Assembly (NCBI GenBank): GCA_034530875.2
Contig: JAVRCJ020000068.1
Span: 1 to 24,795 of the forward strand
DNA length: 24,795 nucleotides
Source of the DNA: Nostoc sp. DedSLP01
GTDB taxonomy: Bacteria > Cyanobacteriota > Cyanobacteriia > Cyanobacteriales > Nostocaceae
Reading direction: 5' to 3'
Part shown: positions 1 through 8,594 of the stretch, one piece after another
Numbering within the stretch: the stretch's first letter is position 1
Layout of the letters: every line of letters begins with the position of its first letter
Made by a program: the position numbers and the translations under genes
The notes under the pieces: model-generated
Told to the model about the DNA's origin: nothing
Seen by the model: only the letters and a program-made list of their open reading frames with translations
Databases searched by the model: none

Positions 1-1
1 T

Positions 2-88
2 GAACCAGGAGTTAAGACTATTTGGAGAGGATTGCGACGATTACACGATATCGCCAACACCTGGAAATTAGCCCAGCAAAACCATTAG
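2..88 (+). mobile_element. 3' end of an IS4-family (IS50/Tn5-like) transposase, truncated by the window edge
   Basis: Frame 2 reads EPGVKTIWRGLRRLHDIANTWKLAQQNH*, matching the (G)xPGxKTxWRG motif of the Tn5-type transposase C-terminal dimerisation domain. Too short for the ORF track. Confidence 0.85.
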
Positions 89-220
89 AGACATGAACCG
101 CACTTTCGGGTAGGCAAACACCAATCTATTCAGATACATATCTTTCTTTATTTGTCAATTGCTTCTAAGCATCTTCACCGTGAAATTACCTCTAGAAATG
201 ACTTTCAGCTTTGTTAAGAA

Positions 221-239
221 AGATCCGGGTAATGGATAG
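221..239 (-). mobile_element. Probable right terminal inverted repeat of the IS4/IS50-like element
   Basis: Reverse complement CTATCCATTACCCGGATCT matches the IS50 inside end CTGTCTCTTGATCAGATCT at 12/19 positions and lies about 130 bp after the transposase stop. Confidence 0.6.
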
Positions 240-357
240 CAATTTATCGCGAGGTGGGGGGTGGGGTAAAACAGTTGTGGAGCAAGAGTTTGAGGTGAAG
301 TTGACACCAATGTACAGCTGTAAAGCCCCTACAACATGGTCTATTTAGCTGTAAGTG
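240..357. repeat. Remnants of small dispersed repeats (MITE-like end AAGTTGACACCAATG at 298-312; half REP-like palindrome TACAGCTGTAAAGCCCCTAC at 313-332)
   Basis: Motifs recognised from memory as common Nostocales intergenic repeats; partner halves are not in the window. Confidence 0.45.
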
Positions 358-1881
358 CTACAGAGTAAATGGTTTGCGGTTACGTTCTATCAAACGATCC
401 CATTGCATAGTTAAGGTACTCCCCATTTTTTGTTGTTGTTTTGCCCACATTGATAGTAAGTCTAAACAAGAGTGATCTATATACGCTAAGTCGTGTAAAT
501 AAACATGCAATTCCCTTCCTGGAGGCACAAGTTCTAAATTGTTCGCCAGTTTTGGTAGCCTCACAAATGTTGCTGCACCTTGTAAATAAATGTCTATTCG
601 CCGATTGTTGTCGTGCCTAATAATTTCAATATTCAGCACGGACATTTTGTGAATTAATAAAACTCCTGTTAACAGAATCCCAATTAAAACACCTGTGATT
701 AAGTCAGTAATAACAATCCCTATTAAAGTAGCGGAAAATATTACCAAAGGAAAACGTCCATACTTCTTTAATTGGCGGATGTGTTCTACCTCGATTAGTT
801 TGTAGCCAGTAACAACTAGGATTGCTGCCAAACTAGAAATGGGAATTATTTTGAGCAAGGTTGGAACTGCAATTACTAATATTAACAGCCATACACCGTG
901 AAGTATGGTCGATAATCTAGTTTTAGCACCGGCTTCTACATTTACAGAACTGCGGGCTATTACTCCTGTCATGGGCAAAGCACCCAGGAATCCACATATA
1001 ATGTTGCCAATTCCTTGGGCTGTTAATTCGCGATCGAAATTGGTTCTTGGCCCGGTATGCAGTCTATCTACTGCTACGGCTGAAAGCAAACTTTCTGTAC
1101 TAGCGATGAATGCAATGACGATCGCATCAATCAAAACTGGTGCCTGAATCAAGCGTGGTAAGCTAGCAGGTGTTGGTAATTGAATTGCTTGTAATAGATT
1201 TCCAGGTACGTCAACATACTGAATCGGGAATCGATACACTGTTGCAATGACAGTACCAATTACAACCCCGACAAGCGCACCAGGTATCAACTTCAAACTC
1301 CTGGGTTTAAATTTTTCCCACAGTAGAAGGCTGATAATAGTTGTTATACCTATGAGTGCTGCAAGGTGATGAACACTACCATCTATAGGAAATAAAGCTT
1401 TGTAAATGGCGTTGGGAATAGATAGTAAATTCTCCATCCCATGTATGCGCGGTTTGTCGTCTAGCATGACATGAAATTGGGAAGCGAAGATTAATACCCC
1501 AATACCTGCAAGCATTCCATATATGACAGCCGGTGACATAGCGCGAAACAACTGGCCGAGTTTAAATATACCTGCGAGTAATTGAATTAAACCCGCTAAC
1601 AGCAGAATCGGCCCAACCATTTCGATGCCATATTGTTGAACTACTTCTGCAACAACCACCGCTAGTCCAGCAGCCGGGCCGCTGACTAGCATTGGAGAAC
1701 CAGAAACTGCCCCAACAATAATTCCGCCAACTATTCCTGTAATTATGCCGCGGGATGGCGGAAGTCCCGAAGCGATCGCAATACCCATACAAAGAGGGAG
1801 GGCGACAAGAAATACCACAAATGATGCTGGTACTTCGGTAGTAAATGAGGATTTGTCTACGATCGTTTTCAAATTTCTCAT
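358..1881 (-). CDS. SulP/SLC26-family inorganic anion transporter with degenerate C-terminal STAS-like domain
   Basis: VVFLVALPLCMGIAIASG, VSGPAAGL, LxAQGxGN and LPMTGVIARSSVNV motifs. Start moved from 1974 to ATG 1881, which has a GGAGGA RBS (1894-1889). Confidence 0.92.
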   Translation of the reverse strand: MRNLKTIVDKSSFTTEVPASFVVFLVALPLCMGIAIASGLPPSRGIITGIVGGIIVGAVSGSPMLVSGPAAGLAVVVAEVVQQYGIEMVGPILLLAGLIQLLAGIFKLGQLFRAMSPAVIYGMLAGIGVLIFASQFHVMLDDKPRIHGMENLLSIPNAIYKALFPIDGSVHHLAALIGITTIISLLLWEKFKPRSLKLIPGALVGVVIGTVIATVYRFPIQYVDVPGNLLQAIQLPTPASLPRLIQAPVLIDAIVIAFIASTESLLSAVAVDRLHTGPRTNFDRELTAQGIGNIICGFLGALPMTGVIARSSVNVEAGAKTRLSTILHGVWLLILVIAVPTLLKIIPISSLAAILVVTGYKLIEVEHIRQLKKYGRFPLVIFSATLIGIVITDLITGVLIGILLTGVLLIHKMSVLNIEIIRHDNNRRIDIYLQGAATFVRLPKLANNLELVPPGRELHVYLHDLAYIDHSCLDLLSMWAKQQQKMGSTLTMQWDRLIERNRKPFTL

Positions 1882-2065
1882 TTGCTTATCCTCCAATGAA
1901 AAGTTTTCGATTTTTGTCTGGCAAAATGAACCATGACAATGCAGCACAAACTGAGTTTGCATTGAATAGTTCAAACATATTTACTGGGTTTTAATTACAT
2001 CATGGCTACTGCGGTATATTCAGCCCTCAAGTAGTAAACGCGCAATCATCAAGATAAATTGATTT

Positions 2066-2079
2066 GTATTTATAGCTAC
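2066..2079. promoter_or_regulatory. Candidate NtcA box GTA-N8-TAC upstream of the SulP gene
   Basis: GTATTTATAGCTAC is an exact GTAN8TAC match; no TAN3T at the class-II spacing. Confidence 0.35.
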
Positions 2080-2358
2080 CATTTACATTTCTTAATGATT
2101 ACAAACCCATGATAACAGTAGAGTTAGCTGATGGATAATACATAACTTTTTCTATTAGATTGGTAGCAAAAGGTAAAGTAAATTTGCACGATCGCTTAAA
2201 TTCCGAGATAAATAAGGTATAATCCACAGCCCTCAATTGCGATCGCTAAAATTATCGATCGATACAAAATGGCGATCGCTATCTTTTTAAAATCGAATCT
2301 ATCATTATGAATTAGGTCTAAACTGAAAATTATTAGCTTGCAAAAAAGGTGAAAATAT

Positions 2359-2598
2359 ATGACAAACAACAGTAAACAAGCTTATAACTATACGGTTCTT
2401 CTAGAAAAAGAACAAGATGGTGGTTACCATGCTTTTTGTCCTATTCTCAAAGGCTGTCATTCTCAAGGTGATACTTTTGAAGAAGCTATTGAGAATATTA
2501 CAGAAGCTATTGAATTATATCTTGAAAGTTTAATGGCTGATAATCAACCTATTCCTAAAGAAGATTTAATTGTCAAGCCATTAAGTATTTTAATATGA
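2359..2598 (+). CDS. hicB: HicB-family antitoxin (short, no evident C-terminal DNA-binding domain)
   Basis: YTVLLEKEQDGGYHAFCPILKGCHSQGDTFEEAIENITEAIELYLE is a typical HicB partial RNase H fold; ATGA overlap with hicA. Confidence 0.92.
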   Translation: MTNNSKQAYNYTVLLEKEQDGGYHAFCPILKGCHSQGDTFEEAIENITEAIELYLESLMADNQPIPKEDLIVKPLSILI

Positions 2599-2828
2599 GT
2601 ACTTTTCCTAGTGTCAAAGCTAAAGACTTTATTAAAGTTATTGAAAAATTGGGTTTTTATCTAGATCGTCAAAAGGGTAGTCATGCCATTTATAAGAATA
2701 TTCATGGGAATAGAGTTGTCGTTCCAATTCATTATGGGAAAGATATAAAACAAGGTACTTTGATGGGAATGATTCAAGATATTGGTATTGATAAAGAAAC
2801 ATTCTTCGAGTTACTACTACAAAAATGA
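2595..2828 (+). CDS. hicA: HicA-family mRNA interferase toxin
   Basis: LGFYLDRQKGSHAIY...VVVPIH...IKQGTL, with the catalytic GSH motif. Confidence 0.93.
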   Translation: MSTFPSVKAKDFIKVIEKLGFYLDRQKGSHAIYKNIHGNRVVVPIHYGKDIKQGTLMGMIQDIGIDKETFFELLLQK

Positions 2829-2933
2829 TATACAAAAGACAACTCAAGGAATAAAAATATAAATTGTGATATTAATCTCTCCTTTTTCTGCTACGTTAAC
2901 TTACGGCATAACACCACTACAAAAAATTGTATC

Positions 2934-4442
2934 CTAATTACTCTGGCGTTTTACAGGATTCATCGAAGCTTCCAATAGGCTAAATGCTTGGGAAGAAAGT
3001 AACGTCAAACATAAATAAACTACTGCTACACCTACATAAATTTCAAAGGCGCGATAGTTGTCAGCAACAATTAGCTGTCCTTTGCGGAACAATTCTTCAA
3101 AACCAATGACTGCAACTAAACTTGTATCTTTCAATAAACTGATAAACTCATTACCCAAAGGTGGAATCATCCGCTGAAATGCTTGGGGAAAAATTACATA
3201 CCTCATGGTTTGTACGGGACTCAAACCTAACGATTGTGCTGCTTCACCTTGTCCTGCTTCAATAGATTGAATCCCAGCACGGACAACTTCTGCAATATAA
3301 GCAGCGCTATTCAAACTTAAAGCAATTACTCCAGCGACTAGGCGATCGAAAGTAAATGTGGAACCAAGTTCTTGCAAAATTGCAGGTAACCCAAAGTAAA
3401 TCATAAAAATTTGCACAAGCAAAGGCGTACCGCGGAAAAAGTCTACATAAGCCCTCGCTAGCCAACGCAAAGGTGCAATATGAGAAAGGCGAATAATTCC
3501 AATTAAAGAACCGCCAATTAAACCAAACACTACAGAAAGTATTGTCAATTGCAAGGTTACCAAAGCTCCCTGTAATAAAGTCGGAACAGCCTGTAAAATC
3601 ACATTAATTGACGTAAATATTCTGGGAACATCCGTGCTATTTTGATTCTCAAATGGTGATGTAGCTGGTAATGATGGCGGTTCGGCTTTAAACCATTTTT
3701 GGTAAATTTGCGCATAAGTGCCATTTTTCAAAACGTTATCCAAACCTTGATTGATTAATGCCAAATAAGGCGAATTTTTTGCAGTAGCAATTCCATAAAA
3801 TTCTTCCGTCAGCAATTGCTGTACAACTTTAATTCCTTGAAGATTGCCTGTGTTGATAGCATATAAAGTTACAGGTGCATCGTTAATTACCGCATCGACA
3901 TTACCATTGAGTAATTCTTGTAAAGCTAGAGGTGCGGAATCAAAACTGCGAATTTGCACGCCAGGAATACTTTTAGCTTTTGCTGCGCCAGTTGTGCCAA
4001 TTTGTACGGCGAGTTTTTTATTTTTGAGACTATCAAAGCCAGTAATATTTTGATTGTCGGCGCGAATGGCGATCGCTAACCCGGCTTTAAAATAAGGACG
4101 AGAAAAAGAAATCGTCTTTGCTCTTTCTTCTGTAATGGTGATGGAACTTATGGCTGCATCTACGGTTTTGGCTTGGAGTGCTGGGATAATGCCATCAAAA
4201 GGCAGACTTTGAAAATTTACTTTAAAGTTGGCAGCAGTGGCGAGGGCATTCATTAAATCAATGGAAAAACCTTGTAACTCACCGCTTTGTCCTTGAAACT
4301 CGAAAGGTGGAAATGCTGGTTCGGTGGCAACTCGCAGAATTTTTCCTGCACTGGGGTTTGTACTACAGGTAGTGAGTAAGAAGCAGCTAAAAGTTATAAG
4401 TAGACATAATTGCAAGCAACGGATAAAACGAAATTTAGGCAT
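2934..4442 (-). CDS. bgtB: Polar amino acid ABC transporter, fused substrate-binding and permease subunit (basic amino acid/glutamine system)
   Basis: N-terminal SBP family 3 (ATEPAFPPFEF, FDGIIPALQ) fused to HisM-type permease (FRGTPLLVQI, AYIAEVVRAGI, EAA motif). Confidence 0.88.
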   Translation of the reverse strand: MPKFRFIRCLQLCLLITFSCFLLTTCSTNPSAGKILRVATEPAFPPFEFQGQSGELQGFSIDLMNALATAANFKVNFQSLPFDGIIPALQAKTVDAAISSITITEERAKTISFSRPYFKAGLAIAIRADNQNITGFDSLKNKKLAVQIGTTGAAKAKSIPGVQIRSFDSAPLALQELLNGNVDAVINDAPVTLYAINTGNLQGIKVVQQLLTEEFYGIATAKNSPYLALINQGLDNVLKNGTYAQIYQKWFKAEPPSLPATSPFENQNSTDVPRIFTSINVILQAVPTLLQGALVTLQLTILSVVFGLIGGSLIGIIRLSHIAPLRWLARAYVDFFRGTPLLVQIFMIYFGLPAILQELGSTFTFDRLVAGVIALSLNSAAYIAEVVRAGIQSIEAGQGEAAQSLGLSPVQTMRYVIFPQAFQRMIPPLGNEFISLLKDTSLVAVIGFEELFRKGQLIVADNYRAFEIYVGVAVVYLCLTLLSSQAFSLLEASMNPVKRQSN

Positions 4443-4464
4443 ATTTGTTTAACCTTTTTTTTTC

Positions 4465-4489
4465 ACGCAAAGGCGCAGAGGCGCAAAGA
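4465..4489. repeat. Short GGCGCA(A/G)A tandem repeat
   Basis: acgcaaa-ggcgcaga-ggcgcaaa seen directly. Confidence 0.6.
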
Positions 4490-4491
4490 AG

Positions 4492-4534
4492 AGATTAAAG
4501 AGAGACTGTGTTGGTGGTTTGTTAAAAATATTAC
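4492..4534 (-). promoter_or_regulatory. Candidate NtcA class-II promoter for bgtB
   Basis: Minus strand GTA-ATATTTTT-AAC (4534-4521), 23-nt spacer, TAATCT (4497-4492), about 50 nt before the bgtB ATG. Confidence 0.45.
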
Positions 4535-4564
4535 AATCAACTTTAGAGCAGCTTGATATACGCA

Positions 4565-5320
4565 ATGAACAATTCTACTCCGGCAATTATTTTTGACAAT
4601 ATCGAAAAAAGCTTTGGTTCTCTAAAAGTTCTTCAAGGAATTACAGGCGAAATTAAGCGGGGAGAGGTGGTTGCAGTTATTGGTTCTTCAGGCTGTGGTA
4701 AAAGTACTCTGCTGCGCTGCTTTAATGGTTTGGAAACAATTGATAATGGACGTTTGATAGTCAACGGTATCAACTTATCCCGACCTGCTGTCAACTATAA
4801 TCAACTGCGGCAACTGCGGACGCAAGTAGGTATGGTTTTCCAGCAATTCAATTTGTTTCCTCATCTGAGCGTTTTGGAAAATATGACACTTGCACCGCGT
4901 AAAGTGTTGGGGAAAACACCGAAAGAAAGCGCCCAATTAGCAGGGTTATATCTGGAAAAAGTCGGTTTGTTTGACAAAGCTTCTGCTTATCCCGAACAAC
5001 TTTCTGGGGGACAAAAACAACGAGTAGCCATCGCCCGCAGTTTATGTATGAATCCCCAAATCATGCTATTCGACGAACCCACCAGCGCCTTAGATCCGGA
5101 AGTCGTCGGTGAAGTTCTTCAAGTGATGCAACAGTTAGCAGCAGAAGGGATGACAATGGCGATCGTTACCCATGAAATGCAGTTTGCTAAAGAAGTAGCC
5201 CATCGGGTGATTTTTTTAGATAAAGGCATTCTGGCAGAACAAGGTTCAGCCTACGAGGTTCTGACTAATCCGCAAAGCGATCGCCTGCGTACTTTCCTCA
5301 GTCGCCTAAAAGGTAAATAG
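4565..5320 (+). CDS. bgtA: Polar amino acid ABC transporter ATP-binding subunit (GlnQ family)
   Basis: Walker A GSSGCGKS, LSGGQKQRVAIAR, FDEPTSALDPE; divergent from bgtB. ATG 4565 preferred over TTG 4553. Confidence 0.85.
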   Translation: MNNSTPAIIFDNIEKSFGSLKVLQGITGEIKRGEVVAVIGSSGCGKSTLLRCFNGLETIDNGRLIVNGINLSRPAVNYNQLRQLRTQVGMVFQQFNLFPHLSVLENMTLAPRKVLGKTPKESAQLAGLYLEKVGLFDKASAYPEQLSGGQKQRVAIARSLCMNPQIMLFDEPTSALDPEVVGEVLQVMQQLAAEGMTMAIVTHEMQFAKEVAHRVIFLDKGILAEQGSAYEVLTNPQSDRLRTFLSRLKGK

Positions 5321-5488
5321 TTAAGAGTGAGGAGTTGAGAGTTAAAAGTTAAGAGTTAAGAATTAAAAGTGAAGAATTAGTGTTGTGAATCACAATTTCT
5401 TCTTAAAAACAACTTTCTTGCTAAAGTTCAACTCAACACTCCTCACTCCTAACTCCTAACTTCTAATCTTTATTCCCCACTCCCCATT
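5321..5488. repeat. Inverted pair of heptamer STRR-type arrays (TTAAGAG/TGAGGAG-like, then ACTCCTA/ACTCAAC-like) between convergent genes
   Basis: About 8 degenerate 7-mers at 5321-5378 and complementary 7-mers at 5431-5488; could fold as a long hairpin. Confidence 0.8.
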
Positions 5489-5490
5489 TT

Positions 5491-5697
5491 TTACATATAT
5501 TCACGCAAGAAGTCAAACGGGTCATCTTCCCAACAAGGTTCAGGTATCAGCCAAAACAAATTAGTGTGGATGTCGTCTTCAATTTCATCACCGTCATCTC
5601 TGTCAAATAGTTCTGTTAGAGCTGTCCAGTCACGGTCTCTAAGTGATGTTAACGATGGGGTATATAGCTGAAGATTAGTTGGGTAATTCACGCGCAA
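5491..5697 (-). CDS. Small acidic hypothetical protein (66-68 aa; TTG 5697 or GTG 5691 start)
   Basis: Only ORF filling the gap after lipB, same strand, protein-like composition, 17/68 residues D/E. Confidence 0.65.
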   Translation of the reverse strand: MRVNYPTNLQLYTPSLTSLRDRDWTALTELFDRDDGDEIEDDIHTNLFWLIPEPCWEDDPFDFLREYM

Positions 5698-5873
5698 AAT
5701 TGTAATTTAGTGCTGCAAAATGTTTGTTTAATGCTTTGTAAATAATTAGCCCTAACTTTGATAACCCTAGTTCAATAGATACTTTGATACTATGAAAGAT
5801 AGATGACTATTATAAGTGTGTCACAATTTAAATGAGACTGGTATAGTATTTATTACATAATTGTCAGCTTAAT

Positions 5874-6566
5874 TTATTCACACTGCAAAAATCCTTCAGG
5901 CTGTGATTCTACTAGTTCTACTCCAAATACTTCTGCAAAGCACTGTGTTACGTGAAAACGCACTTCTTCGCAAGTAATATTGGGAATCCATTCGGCTAAA
6001 CTGCCTACGGGTTTATCAGAAATACCGCAGGGTACAATGCGTTCAAAACCTGTCATGTCCGGACAAACATTTAATGCAAAGCCGTGCATGGTAATCCAAC
6101 GGCTGACTTTAATGCCAATAGCGGCAACTTTTCTTCCTTGTAACCAAACGCCAGTAAAAGCCGGAATTCTTTCTCCGTGCAATTTATAAACTGCTAATAC
6201 GCGAATTAGCACTTCTTCAAGTTGGCGCAAATACCAATGAAGGTCTTGACGATAACGTTGCAGATTTAAAATTGGATACCCGACTAGTTGACCGGGACAA
6301 TGGTATGTAACTTCGCCGCCTCGTTCTACTCGAAACACATCATACTCACTTTTGTCAATATCAAATTTCAAAAAATCTGAGTTAGCTCCTTGCCCCAAAG
6401 TATAGACTGGTGGATGTTCGAGGAGAATTAACACGTCATCTAGGCTGGGGTTATGAATGCGATCGCTTTGGAGCGATCGCTGCCATGCACGCGCCTCTAA
6501 GTAAGGCATCAATCCTTGGTTGTATAGCAAACAACGGTTTTGGGGTAGCTTTCTACTATGGATCAT
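5874..6566 (-). CDS. lipB: Lipoyl(octanoyl) transferase
   Basis: [47 protein letters not shown] motifs. ATG 6566 is the likely start. Confidence 0.96.
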   Translation of the reverse strand: MIHSRKLPQNRCLLYNQGLMPYLEARAWQRSLQSDRIHNPSLDDVLILLEHPPVYTLGQGANSDFLKFDIDKSEYDVFRVERGGEVTYHCPGQLVGYPILNLQRYRQDLHWYLRQLEEVLIRVLAVYKLHGERIPAFTGVWLQGRKVAAIGIKVSRWITMHGFALNVCPDMTGFERIVPCGISDKPVGSLAEWIPNITCEEVRFHVTQCFAEVFGVELVESQPEGFLQCE

Positions 6567-7182
6567 GCCAAAAATCAACCGTAAAAGGAACGAAATATAT
6601 TTCAACTTAAAGGAAGAGAATCAAAAAATGTCAAGCTTTGCAAAGGATTTTAAAGGAACGTCAAGGGAACATGCATCTTAAAATACAAAGTGCTAGCTTG
6701 AATATATAACCTTAATAGGTGTTGGGAGGAATTCTCTACAATCAGCATCAGACCAAGAGAATAGAAATAATATATTGGCTGATGACTCTAATATCATTGT
6801 TTGCATTTCAAACAAAATCTACTTCCACGAAATTTGTGTTCTTTATCAACAGCAAGCAAACCTCAACCGGACGCACAAGGAGCAACTATCAAAAGTTTTG
6901 TAAGCCTTGCTTTAAAGGAGAAAGTAGTTACATCTGCTACTGTTAAAATTTCTTCATCAAAGAGTTAGAAATCAATATTCAATTGGATCTCAACGCAGAG
7001 ATGAAGATTAAAATCCAGGATATGCTTGGTAAAAACTCAGATACAACGAGTTTAAAAACAGCACAGCAGCAGTAAATGAGAAAAGTTCACAATTTGTTTT
7101 GGCGGGAGTGCTAGACCTTACCGCAACTTCTTTTCATACAAAGCAAATTCACACATTAAAAATATTCAGCGGGAGAGTTTAC

Positions 7183-7830
7183 ATGAAGCTTGTCATCCAC
7201 GGCAAAAATATTGAAATTACCGATGCAATTCGCGAGTATGTACATCAGAAAATTGAGAAAGCAGTTAATCACTTTCAAAACATTACCAATGAAGTGGATG
7301 TGCATCTTAGCGTAGCCCGGAATCCCCGAATTAATCCTAGACAAGCAGCTGAAGTAACTATTTATGCCAATGGCAGCGTGATCCGTGCAGAGGAAAGCAG
7401 CGAAAACTTATACGCCAGCATTGACTTAGTAGCAGATAAAATTGCTCGTCAACTGCGGAAATATAAAGAACGGCGTCAAGATCAGAAAACTCAAGCCCAA
7501 CCAACAGAAGAAGTTGTTACAGAGTCGGTAGTCACAGATTTAATTGGCGATCGCACTCCCGAACTACCCAACGAAGTCGTCCGCACCAAATATTTTTCCA
7601 TGCCTCCCATGACCCTTGCAGAAGCTTTGGAACAACTGCAACTCGTCGGGCACGACTTTTATATGTTCCGCAATATTGAAACAGGGGAGATAAATGTCAT
7701 TTACGAACGCAACCACGGTGGTTATGGCGTGATTCAACCCCGCAATGGTAACGGTCATACCAACGGCAAGAATGGCAAGTCAGCCCATGCAAATGTTGCG
7801 GTGTCGGAAAAGTCGCATTCGAGTAAATGA
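7183..7830 (+). CDS. lrtA: Ribosome hibernation promoting factor, long HPF / light-repressed transcript LrtA
   Basis: [20 protein letters not shown]...[22 protein letters not shown] plus C-terminal S30EA domain; GGGAGAG RBS before ATG 7183. Confidence 0.96.
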   Translation: MKLVIHGKNIEITDAIREYVHQKIEKAVNHFQNITNEVDVHLSVARNPRINPRQAAEVTIYANGSVIRAEESSENLYASIDLVADKIARQLRKYKERRQDQKTQAQPTEEVVTESVVTDLIGDRTPELPNEVVRTKYFSMPPMTLAEALEQLQLVGHDFYMFRNIETGEINVIYERNHGGYGVIQPRNGNGHTNGKNGKSAHANVAVSEKSHSSK

Positions 7831-7837
7831 AATGAAG

Positions 7838-7954
7838 GGAGTAGGGAGTAGGGAGTAGGGATTAGGGGGGTGGGGAGTGTTGCGAGATTATAAAAAAGCT
7901 TCCTAACTCTCCTACATTTCTAGTCCCCACTCCCCACTCTCCACTCCCCATTCC
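7838..7954. repeat. Inverted STRR heptamer arrays (GGGAGTA)n and (TCCCCAC)n between convergent lrtA and bcp
   Basis: Seen directly; complementary arms may act as a bidirectional terminator or 3' stabiliser. Confidence 0.85.
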
Positions 7955-8416
7955 CTACTTCACAGCAAACTGTTGCAGCGTTTTTAGCGCTTCTTCAACG
8001 TGACCTTTAAAGTTAAACATTGAATCAAACACGTATTGCACAACTCCCTGTTGGTCGATGACGTAGGTGACGCGGCCGGGGAATAAGCCAAAGGCTGCTG
8101 TTGCGCCATATAGCTTGCGTACTTGGTCGCCTTTATCGGTCAATAGGGTAAAAGGTAGATTGTACTTGGCAGCAAATCGCTGGTGAGATTCAGTAGAGTC
8201 GCCACTGACGCCGATAACTTCAGCCCCAGCGCTTTTAAAAACTTCATATTGGTCGCGAAAGGCGCAGGATTCCGCCGTACAACCGGGCGTGTCGTCCTTG
8301 GGATAAAAATATAAGACAACGGCTTTTTTGCCGTGAAAATCTTGCAGGCTAACTGTTGAGCCGTTTTGAGCAGGTAGACTGAAATTAGGAGCGATATCTC
8401 CAACTTTGATTGCCAT
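7955..8416 (-). CDS. bcp: Peroxiredoxin Q / bacterioferritin comigratory protein
   Basis: VLYFYPKDDTPGCTAESCAFRD with CxxxxC; extended -10-like TGCTATATT at 8467-8459. Confidence 0.95.
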   Translation of the reverse strand: MAIKVGDIAPNFSLPAQNGSTVSLQDFHGKKAVVLYFYPKDDTPGCTAESCAFRDQYEVFKSAGAEVIGVSGDSTESHQRFAAKYNLPFTLLTDKGDQVRKLYGATAAFGLFPGRVTYVIDQQGVVQYVFDSMFNFKGHVEEALKTLQQFAVK

Positions 8417-8594
8417 AGTTACTAAGAAAATTCAAAAGAGTTTTGTATTCAGGGATTTAATATAGCAGTAAAAAGTAGGGGCAATCATAGCACCCTAATT
8501 TTTCATTTTTTCAGCTAATTGACTAGAGTCAAGATCCCCAGGTGTTTAGACCAAGTAATATCCTTCAATAGTTTCAATTAACAATTAATTTTTT

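Noticed and set aside
358..1881. Calling the SulP gene bicA
   Set aside because: The N-terminal motif and reduced STAS region differ from BicA as I know it; substrate cannot be assigned by eye.
6719..6946. 75-aa ORF upstream of lrtA
   Set aside because: GTG start without RBS and no recognisable motif; likely promoter/leader sequence.
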